Assembly: GCA_041576165.1 (NCBI GenBank)
Contig: JBFGLM010000074.1
Location: 1 to 19,163, forward strand
Length of the DNA: 19,163 nt
Origin: Acidimicrobiia bacterium
Lineage (GTDB): Bacteria; Actinomycetota; Acidimicrobiia; Spongiisociales; Spongiisociaceae
Direction of reading: 5' to 3'
Every line of letters starts with the position of its first letter. Within the stretch, counting starts at the first letter, position 1. A program made the position numbers and the translations under genes. The notes under the pieces are model-generated. The model searched no databases and was not told the origin of the DNA. It was given only the letters and a program-made list of their open reading frames with translations. This document shows, in pieces, positions 9,679 to 17,049 of this stretch.

Positions 9679-10853
9679 GCGGCTGGCGGCCCATCTTTGA
9701 AGTTGCTCGCCGGGACTTCGTACAGCGCGGTCGGAGTCGTGTGTTGCTATTCGGGACGATTGCCATCGTCATGGTGATCGTGGGGGGCGGGCCACTCCTC
9801 GCCGGCATCGTTTCCGAGCCACCCCCCATCGAGATCGGCATCGTGGGGGTCCCATCTTCTGAGCTGACTGCCGCACTAGACGGGACCGCCGGCGCGATGG
9901 AGGTGCGGTACGCGCTCCAGACTTACCCGACGCTCTCAGCCGCAGAAGGAGCGCTCCATTCCGGTGAGGTTGCGGCCGTCATCAATGACGACGAGATCAT
10001 CTGGCTCGACGAGGTCGGCCCGGTCACCAACGCACTCGTCTCCGCCTCGGTGCAGGCAGCGCGACGAGACACGATGGTCGAGTCGCTGGGACTGCCCCCA
10101 GACGAGACGGCAGCGCTCTTCAACCCGCCCCAATCCGTGCTGCTCGAGACGCCCGATCCGGAGAAAGGCCTGCGGCAGGGTGCGGCCTATGCGGGCGCAG
10201 TGGTCCTGTTCATGTCTGTCGTGCTCTTCGGTCAGTTCGTGCTGCTCGGAGTCCTGGAAGAAAAATCGAGCCGGGTGGCCGAGGTCGTGCTCAGCCGCGT
10301 CCGACCGGTGGAGTTGCTCGCCGGCAAGGTGATAGGTATTGGGCTACTGGGCCTGGCGCAACTGCTGGTCGTGGGCAGTGCCGTCATGTTGATGTTCCAG
10401 ATCATCGACGTGGCCGAACTCCCCAACCTCTCGAGCATCGGCGTGGAAGTGATCCTCACCGTGGTGGCCTGGTACGTCCTCGGATACGCTCTCTACAGCG
10501 TCGTTTACGCCGCAGCCGGTTCTCTGGTGTCGCGTCAGGAAGACGTACAAGGGGTCAGCTGGATCCCCCTGATCGGCCTCTTGCCCGGTTATGTGATCGC
10601 GCTGATCGCTTCGTGGAGTCCCGAAGACATGGTCGTCAGGGTGGCTTCGATGCTGCCCGGGACCGCCCCCTTGGTCATGCCAGTGCGGGCGTCGGCCGCT
10701 GACGTGCCGCTGTGGGAGGTTGCGCTGGCCGTCGCGGTCACGCTGGGGTCGACCTACCTCCTGATTCAGCTGGCAGCCCGGATCTATCGGGGCGGGATTC
10801 TGCGCGGAGGCCGCGTGCGCATGCGGGAGGCGTGGCGCAGTACGGCCGGCTGA
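9675..10853 (+). CDS. ABC-2 exporter permease (NatB/YhaP-like)
   Basis: N-terminal TM helix, large extracytoplasmic loop, VLEEKSSRVAEVVLS, GKVIG and further TM helices. ATGA overlap with the ATPase gene. Confidence 0.92.
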   Translation: MSGWRPIFEVARRDFVQRGRSRVLLFGTIAIVMVIVGGGPLLAGIVSEPPPIEIGIVGVPSSELTAALDGTAGAMEVRYALQTYPTLSAAEGALHSGEVAAVINDDEIIWLDEVGPVTNALVSASVQAARRDTMVESLGLPPDETAALFNPPQSVLLETPDPEKGLRQGAAYAGAVVLFMSVVLFGQFVLLGVLEEKSSRVAEVVLSRVRPVELLAGKVIGIGLLGLAQLLVVGSAVMLMFQIIDVAELPNLSSIGVEVILTVVAWYVLGYALYSVVYAAAGSLVSRQEDVQGVSWIPLIGLLPGYVIALIASWSPEDMVVRVASMLPGTAPLVMPVRASAADVPLWEVALAVAVTLGSTYLLIQLAARIYRGGILRGGRVRMREAWRSTAG

Positions 10854-10861
10854 TCGGTCGG

Positions 10862-10877
10862 GAACGCTCGAGCGTTC
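10862..10877. terminator. Perfect 16-bp palindrome after the permease stop (terminator hairpin or operator)
   Basis: GAACGCTCGAGCGTTC, extendable by flanking GGTCG/CGACC. Confidence 0.4.
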
Positions 10878-10954
10878 AGATCGACCAACTGGGGGCCGGC
10901 CGACCGTGGGGATGACACACGTTCTGCCGCACAGAAGATCTGACAGGCTCGCGA

Positions 10955-11061
10955 CGAGCCCGATCACGCAGCTCCGCCGGGTGCTTCCCCGGTCTGCGCC
11001 GCTCTGTCATGGCACCATCCGCGCAAGGTCAAAAGCCTGCGCACTACCCGGTGAGGTTTCA
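10955..11061 (-). mobile_element. Left-end remnant of an IS3-family (IS51/IS6110-like) element with the first ~18 codons of orfA
   Basis: Minus strand TGAAACCTCACCGGGTAGTGCGCAGGCT...CTTGCGCGGATGGTGCC-ATG (ATG at nt 52), then MTERRRPGKHPAELRDRA. This resembles the recalled IS6110 left end TGAACCGCCCCGG..GGATGGGGTCATG and OrfA RRYPPELRERA. Confidence 0.65.
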
Positions 11062-11109
11062 CCTCAGAAGCCTGGTGTGGGTACGTCGACCCTTTTGGGC
11101 GCACTACCC
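11039..11109. repeat. 11-bp direct repeat GCGCACTACCC, two copies 60 bp apart
   Basis: Exact copies at 11039-11049 and 11099-11109. Confidence 0.8.
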
Positions 11110-11460
11110 CGAAAGGGGCCAATGTTCACGTTCGGTCGACTGAGTTCTGGCCCAACCGCCCTCATCGTGCTCAGGCGCACCCCTGCCGGCCAAGCGGCTG
11201 GGATGGGGCCGCCCAACTCCCCACGATGCGCTGTCCCGGCAGGAACCTCCCTACCCATCGGTTACGGGGCGGCGCGAGGTCGGTAGTCGAGCTGGCGATG
11301 CCGCTCCCATACGGCCAATTCCGAACACGCAAACGCCACGTACCTCGCACGGCCCGCCCCGCCAACGCGACGAGGGCATGATTCAACAGTCTGCGGGCGA
11401 CGAGAAGCCAACAGCGAGCGTCGCTTATCATCCGCCCGGTCGATTTCACAGGAGACGGTC

Positions 11461-12486
11461 ATGATCAGAGCGGGCATAGTCGGCCTCGGGTGGTGGGGCA
11501 AGACGCTCGTGGAGTCGGTCTCCGGCGCCAGTGACGACATCCAGTTTGTTGCCGGGGCGACCCGGACCCGCACCCCGGAGATCCTCGAGTTCGTCGAGTT
11601 GCATGACCTCACCATGAAGGAGGATTACGCCGATCTCCTCGCCGACGGCGAGGTCGATGCAGTCGTCCTGGCCACTCCGCACTCGATGCACAGCAAGCAA
11701 GTCGTAGCCGCAGCCGAGGCGGGCAAACACGTCTTCTGTGAGAAGCCGTTTGCGCTCACCAAGGCGGACGCCCTGCGAGCCGTCGACGCCACCCACCGCG
11801 CCGGAGTCACCCTCGGGCTCGGTTTCAACCGCCGGCTGCACCCGGAGATGACCAAGCTGCGGGAACGGATCCGAACCGGCGACCTCGGCACGATCATGCA
11901 CGTGGAGGCAACGATGACGTTCCCCAACGCGCTGTTCCTCACCCCTGACAAATGGCGGGCCGACCGAACCGAGACCCCGTGCGGCGGCCTCACGCCCATG
12001 GGAGTTCACGCGGTCGACGGGATGATCGATCTGTGCGGCGAGGTCGAAGAGGTTTACTGCCAGAGCTTCCGCCGCGCCGTCGAGATCGACGCCGACGACA
12101 CGACGTCGGTGCTGTTCCGCATGAAAGACGGCATGTCGGGTTATCTAGGCACGATGACCGCAACGGGGGGCGGCTTCAGCTTTCAAGTTTTCGGCTCCAA
12201 CGGATATGTGCGGCTCGAAGGGATGACCCACATCGCCGGCACACCCTCGGAGGAGCGCAGGAGCCGCCTCTTCGGCACCTGTATCTTCAAGCCCACCCAG
12301 GGACCGGCCGAGACCTGGCAAGCCGAGTCGTATGACGTGAGCCGGGCAATCCTCGAGGCCTTCGCCCACGCCGCCGCCGGCGGCCCAGAATTCCCGATCA
12401 CGCTGGACGAGATGGTGCACGGCGCGGCCGTGACGGAAGCCATCGTCCAGTCTGCCGAGACCCATCTCCCCCAGGAAGTGCCATGA
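11461..12486 (+). CDS. Gfo/Idh/MocA-family NAD(P)-dependent oxidoreductase
   Basis: GIVGLGWWG, DAVVLATPHSMH, GKHVFCEKP, GFNRR, MGVHAVD. RBS AGGAGA. Confidence 0.94.
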   Translation: MIRAGIVGLGWWGKTLVESVSGASDDIQFVAGATRTRTPEILEFVELHDLTMKEDYADLLADGEVDAVVLATPHSMHSKQVVAAAEAGKHVFCEKPFALTKADALRAVDATHRAGVTLGLGFNRRLHPEMTKLRERIRTGDLGTIMHVEATMTFPNALFLTPDKWRADRTETPCGGLTPMGVHAVDGMIDLCGEVEEVYCQSFRRAVEIDADDTTSVLFRMKDGMSGYLGTMTATGGGFSFQVFGSNGYVRLEGMTHIAGTPSEERRSRLFGTCIFKPTQGPAETWQAESYDVSRAILEAFAHAAAGGPEFPITLDEMVHGAAVTEAIVQSAETHLPQEVP

Positions 12487-12508
12487 CGGAGTCAAGCGAG
12501 AGCCGCCG

Positions 12509-13711
12509 ATGGATCTAGGCAACGGTCTCGGTCACCTCACCTACTCGACCCTCGTGCACCCGGGCGACACCTGGGAAGACATCTGGGCCAGCCTCACCAC
12601 GTACGTCCCGGCGGTGAAGGAACGGGTGGCTCCCGGCCGCCGCTTCGGCGTGTCGCTCCGGCTGTCGGCCGCTTCGGTGGGCCGCCTCACCGCCGACGCT
12701 GCCGAACGGCGCCGGCTCAGGGCGTTCCTGGACGACAACGACTTGTACCTGTACACGGTCAACGCCTTCCCCTACGGCCCGTTCAAGAACAGAGTCGTCA
12801 TGGAGGACGTGTACGAGCCCGACTGGCGCACCGACGCGCGGGCCGAGTACACGATGGCCGTCGCCGACATCCTCGCCGAGGTGGGCGGCGACGGGGTCAA
12901 CCCATCGATTCAGAGCGCCCCGCTCGGCTTCAAGCCACGGGTCACCGGCGGTGACGTCGTCGATACGTACACAACTCAGGTGACGCGAGTGGTGGCTCAT
13001 CTCGTCGATGTGGAGGCGCGTACCGGGCGGACCGTGACCCTCGCACTGGAGCCGGAACCCCACTGCTACCTCGAGACGACCGGGGAAACCATTGCATACT
13101 TCACGGATCGCCTCTTTGGTGAGGAGGTCGCTGAAGACCTCGCCCAGCGCACAGGGCTATCTCCGGAGGAGGCGCGACGCGCCGCTCGGAGCCATGTGGG
13201 TGTCGTCTTCGATGTCGGCCACCAATCCGTCCAGTTCGAGGACGTGGCCGCGAGCTTGCAGCATCTCGCCGACGCCGGAATCGAGGTGTTCAAGCTCCAG
13301 GAAGCGGCCGCGTTGCACGTCCCGGAAGTGACACCGGAAGTCATTGCGGCGCTGCGACCGTTCACCGACACCGTCTACCTGACGCAGACGGTACAGCGCG
13401 ACGCGAGCGGGCTGACACGCTACCTCAACCTCACGGACGCCATGGAGGCCTGGGAAGACAAACCGGTGCAGTGCGAATGGCGCACCCATTTCCACATGCC
13501 GGTGTTTCTGGACGATCTCGGTGCCTTCCGCACAACCCGTTTCGTGCTCGAGGACGCCCTGGCATTCCACAAGCACCACCGGCTCTCTACCCAACTCGAG
13601 ATCGAGACCTACACGTGGGACGTGCTGCCTGCCCATCTCAAAGACGGCACCATCGTCGACTATGTGTGCCGCGAGCTGGAGTGGGTGGCGGCTCAGCTAT
13701 CAGCCGACTGA
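12509..13711 (+). CDS. eboE: EboE-family TIM-barrel (xylose isomerase-like) protein
   Basis: HLTY..VHP, FGVSLRLS, YTVNAFPYGPF, VYEPDW, LALEPEP, EWRTHFHMPVF, LEIETYTWDVLP, RELEWV. Confidence 0.88.
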   Translation: MDLGNGLGHLTYSTLVHPGDTWEDIWASLTTYVPAVKERVAPGRRFGVSLRLSAASVGRLTADAAERRRLRAFLDDNDLYLYTVNAFPYGPFKNRVVMEDVYEPDWRTDARAEYTMAVADILAEVGGDGVNPSIQSAPLGFKPRVTGGDVVDTYTTQVTRVVAHLVDVEARTGRTVTLALEPEPHCYLETTGETIAYFTDRLFGEEVAEDLAQRTGLSPEEARRAARSHVGVVFDVGHQSVQFEDVAASLQHLADAGIEVFKLQEAAALHVPEVTPEVIAALRPFTDTVYLTQTVQRDASGLTRYLNLTDAMEAWEDKPVQCEWRTHFHMPVFLDDLGAFRTTRFVLEDALAFHKHHRLSTQLEIETYTWDVLPAHLKDGTIVDYVCRELEWVAAQLSAD

Positions 13712-13715
13712 ACGA

Positions 13716-14723
13716 TCAGCCGCGGCCCTTTACTTGTGAGATCAGGCGCGCGACGTTGCCTTCGAGAATCGCAGCGCGCTCGTCGGCCGTCAGGTCGGGG
13801 ACGGTGTCCACCGTGGCGATGGGGTCGAGATCTCCCATCGGGAACGGGTAATCGGAACCCAGCACGACATGATCTACACCAGCGAAGTCGATGAGGAACC
13901 TGAGGCTGGGCGCCGTGAACACGACCGTGTCGAAGTAGAGCTTGGCGAACACCTCCAGCGGGGTGCTCTTCATGTTGGTGGCTGCCACATGGGGCACGCC
14001 TTCGTATCCCCGCTGGATGCGGCCAACCTGGTATGGCAGAGCACCGCCGCCGTGCACCATGCACATCGTGAGGTCCGGGTAACGATCGAACAGTCCGGCC
14101 ACCATCAGGCGGCCGATGGCGATCGTGCTCTCCAGTGGCCTCCCCACCATGTTGTGCAGCAAGTTGGCCGTGAGGTCGATCCCGATGAGCGGCATGTGGG
14201 GGTGGAGGAGGACGACGCACCGCAGCTCCTCCGCCTTGGCCCAAAAGGCGTCCAGGTCGGAGTCGGCCAGTGCCGCCCCGTCGATGGTGGTGCATATCTC
14301 GACGCCGACCGCCCCCAGCTGGGAGACGGCATACTCGAGCTCGGCCGCAGCGAGTTCGCCATGCTGTAGCGGGACCGTGGCGAGCATCATGAAGCGATCG
14401 GGATGGGCCGCCACCTCATCCGCAATTGTTTCGTTGAACCGGCGAGCAAAAGCGGCACCCGCTTCCGGCTCGAGCTCGTATCCGGTGAGATCGACCCAAC
14501 TGGAGAGAACTTGGACGGCGACGCCAGTGTCATCCATGGCCTTCAACCGCAGGGAGGTATCGATCAGATCGGCCCGAACCGGGCCTACCCGACGGCGCTC
14601 GTCGAGCAGGGCCGTGACACCCTTGCCATCTTCCGCGACCTCGATCCCAAATGATCCTCCATCGGCGCGCAGCAGCTCGATCAGCGCCGCCGGAACGCAG
14701 TGAGCATGGATGTCAATGCTCAT
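13716..14723 (-). CDS. Amidohydrolase_2 family metal-dependent decarboxylase/hydratase (ACMSD-like)
   Basis: IDIHAH, ATVPLQ, VLLHP, HGGGALPY, YFDT, LGSDYPFPMGD. Confidence 0.92.
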   Translation of the reverse strand: MSIDIHAHCVPAALIELLRADGGSFGIEVAEDGKGVTALLDERRRVGPVRADLIDTSLRLKAMDDTGVAVQVLSSWVDLTGYELEPEAGAAFARRFNETIADEVAAHPDRFMMLATVPLQHGELAAAELEYAVSQLGAVGVEICTTIDGAALADSDLDAFWAKAEELRCVVLLHPHMPLIGIDLTANLLHNMVGRPLESTIAIGRLMVAGLFDRYPDLTMCMVHGGGALPYQVGRIQRGYEGVPHVAATNMKSTPLEVFAKLYFDTVVFTAPSLRFLIDFAGVDHVVLGSDYPFPMGDLDPIATVDTVPDLTADERAAILEGNVARLISQVKGRG

Positions 14724-14847
14724 CCGGTGAGCTCGGGCTTGATGGCCGACAGACGCCGACGCTCGAAAATATTCCGCCTAACTGAGACGTACATCGGCCA
14801 GAACTCCACCTCTACCTCCTACGAGCCAGAGCCCAAGATAGCCCGAT

Positions 14848-15196
14848 GGGCTGGTCGCTGTGGCGGAGGTGAGGGCCATGTGGGCGGCGGGCGGGCGGGC
14901 GGTGGAGGCCGCTGCGGCTCCATCCCCGCTTCGCCATCTCGGCCATAACTTCTTAGATGTTCACCTCGTCGGAAGTGAAGGTGATCACCCACCAGGGATC
15001 GCCCAGCACCCGTAGCCCGGCCTAGATGCCGCGGCGCCCGTATCCAGGATCGCCTGGACAACGTGGAGGTATCCCTGCTCACCGGTCGCGAGCACCGCCG
15101 CCCAGGCGGCCGCCACCACCCCCCGGGCCGGCTTCCGGCCACCGCGGTCGAGTAGTAGAGAGCTCCCGGCCAGTCGGCCAAAACGAACTACTGCAC
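14848..15196 (-). pseudogene. Decayed fragment of a sphingosine-1-phosphate-lyase-like PLP-dependent enzyme (group II decarboxylase fold)
   Basis: Stitched frames give Q*FVLADWPGALYYSTAVAGSRPGG / VVAAAWAAVLATGEQGYLHVVQAILDT / [42 protein letters not shown] / AHMALT / LRH. Stops at 15188-15190 and 14953-14955 sit where Tyr is expected, and there are several frameshifts. Confidence 0.8.
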
Positions 15197-15247
15197 CTCG
15201 CCAGGCGGACCTGGGGCGCCAGCTGGAGATGCGCCCGGGAGAGGACG

Positions 15248-16216
15248 CTAGATGATCATGTTGTCGCCGTTGTCGATTATGTCCTCGAGACTGTTGCTGA
15301 ACACGTCGTTGAACGACGCCACGTTGTTGGCGGAGTTCTCGGTGAGGTTGATGCCGTGGCCGCCGTTTTCGTAGACGTCGTTACGGGTGATGAGCCCGTT
15401 ATCGCCGGCGATCCGGATCCCGTCGCCGTTGTTGTCGAACACGTCGTTCCGCTCCACGGTGGCTCTCAGCACGACTTCGCCCGCTATTCCAGTCACCAGA
15501 ATGCCCTGCCCGTTAGCCGTCACCGTGTTACGAGCCACCACAGCATCGTGGGACCGCCGCTCGATCTGGATACCTTGGAAAATGCTGCCTGCCACGTAGT
15601 TCCGCGACACCTCGTTGCCGAGAGAGTCGGTGAACACGGAGATCCCCCACGACGACCCTGTCACATCATTCTTGGTGACTACGTTGTCGTCGGAGAAGTT
15701 GGAGACCGATATACCGAACACGTTGCTGCTGAGGACGTTCTTCTGCACGACGTTACCGTCTGAGCCGCCGTCGATTCGGATGCCGTCGAGCGCACTGCCC
15801 GAGATCGTGTTCTTCTCAACAACGCTGTCATCGACGTTGGCGAAGTTGATGCCCCGGGTGTTGCCGACCAAATGGAGCCGCGAGATGTGATTGCCGCTCG
15901 TGATATCGGCACGGACGGCGTCCTTGAAACCGGTGATCGTGCCGTTGAGGATGGTGACATTTTCGACGCCCTGGAAGGCAGGAATTCGAATCCCCGCATC
16001 CCCACCGGCGGCCGAGATCGTATGACCACCAAGGTCGATGGTGATCCCGGGCTCGGTGGCAATCAGTCCGTCGCCGGTACATCCGACGAGATCATGAGTG
16101 AGCATGACATCCTGGTCCACGCTCGAACCACACACCAACCCGTGGGCGGCTCCGGCAATTCCCGGCAGCCCGGCGATCAGCACCACCGCTACCACCAATG
16201 TGAGGCTGCGCCTCAT
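15248..16216 (-). CDS. Secreted right-handed parallel beta-helix repeat protein (NosD/pectin lyase-like fold)
   Basis: Signal peptide MRRSLTLVVAVVLIAGLPGIAGA, ITIDLGGHTI, and many ~22-aa repeats N.V..N.(I/V)......GI.(I/V). Strong RBS AGGAAAGGAGGAG. Confidence 0.9.
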   Translation of the reverse strand: MRRSLTLVVAVVLIAGLPGIAGAAHGLVCGSSVDQDVMLTHDLVGCTGDGLIATEPGITIDLGGHTISAAGGDAGIRIPAFQGVENVTILNGTITGFKDAVRADITSGNHISRLHLVGNTRGINFANVDDSVVEKNTISGSALDGIRIDGGSDGNVVQKNVLSSNVFGISVSNFSDDNVVTKNDVTGSSWGISVFTDSLGNEVSRNYVAGSIFQGIQIERRSHDAVVARNTVTANGQGILVTGIAGEVVLRATVERNDVFDNNGDGIRIAGDNGLITRNDVYENGGHGINLTENSANNVASFNDVFSNSLEDIIDNGDNMII

Positions 16217-16310
16217 GACTCCTCCTTTCCTGGACCGCTTGGCCTCCCCAATTGAGCACTACGCACCGCCTTCACCGGCCGAGGCGCGGGACCCAAGCCC
16301 TTGGGCTGTC

Positions 16311-16924
16311 TACCCAACGCGATAACGCGGTGGTCCGCATCCCTGCCAGCGGTGAGATCCTACGCTGACCAACCTCGCATTCTCCTGACCTGGCAACGGC
16401 GTCTCGAATCGAGGCCACCGCTCAGCCGGCGACGGCCGCAAGTTTCAGCTTTCGTATCCCACCAAGCCAATCCTCGACCTGACCCGCAAGGTGTGATGCG
16501 GCATCCTCGGCTTCGAGCTCTGGGTAGGCGTGCCAGTCGATGTGGCGTAGGTGCGTGGCTCCGACGCGAATGGGTGGCGGCGTTTCGGCGACCTGTCGGA
16601 CGAAGCCGATCACGATGGCGTGGTCGGTCTCGTAGAGGTGGCGAACCGATTGCCTGATACAGGTCCGACACGCCAACACGGTGCCTTCGTCGGTTCCACC
16701 GACCCATCTGTGGAGAAGACGATCACCCACCGGGGCCGAACGGCATCCACTTCGTCAACGCCGCTGACCCTAGTGGAGGACGCTCGACCGGCGGCTGGGA
16801 CGCCGGCCGCGCCTAGAGATACGCGAGAACGCTCGGCTGCCAGCGGAGGCGACACACTTCCAAATGGCGGCTTGGGTCGTTAGCCCCTATCCCGCCCCGA
16901 TCCGCCGCGTTACGCGTTGGGGTA
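16311..16924. repeat. Pair of imperfect 23-bp inverted repeats (16311-16333 and 16902-16924) between the divergent beta-helix and multicopper oxidase genes
   Basis: TACCC-AACGCGATAACGCGGTGG versus the reverse complement of the right copy, TACCCCAACGCG-TAACGCGGCGG: 21 of 24 alignment columns identical. Confidence 0.75.
16422..16730 (-). pseudogene. Possible degraded hypothetical gene
   Basis: Protein-like segments in different frames (GVSDLYQAI; LYETDHAIVIGFVRQVAETPPPIRVG..HIDWHAYPELEAEDAASHLAGQVEDWL). No convincing start or RBS. Confidence 0.3.
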
Positions 16925-17049
16925 ACCGAGAGAGGAGGAAGGGCGAGGAGCGCAAAATCGCGGTCGCAGTTGCCGGGGCCGCGTCCACGCCGGTTGTTGT
17001 GCTCGGTGTCGCCCCATGCGTGGGTCACCCTCCCGGGGAGGAGTTCCTG

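Noticed and set aside
10862-10877. GAAC...GTTC palindrome as a LexA SOS box
   Set aside because: The spacer is 8 nt rather than the 4 nt of the actinobacterial GAAC-N4-GTTC box, and it lies downstream of a gene.
2450-11061. TGAAACCTCCCC (2450-2461) and the inverted TGAAACCTCACC (11050-11061) as ends of a composite transposon
   Set aside because: Similarity is limited to ~12 bp, there is no target-site duplication and no transposase. Likely chance.
11039-11109. Direct repeats at 60-bp spacing as a mini CRISPR array
   Set aside because: Only two 11-bp copies and no cas genes.
10920-11160. Run of hairpins (GGCTCG/CGAGCC, CCGGG/CCCGG, TGAGGT/ACCTCA, CCCC-GAAA-GGGG) suggesting a structured ncRNA or riboswitch
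   Set aside because: No recognisable riboswitch or ribozyme consensus. Much of the region is explained by the IS3 end and orfA start, and short stems are common at this GC content. An Rfam/covariation scan would settle it.
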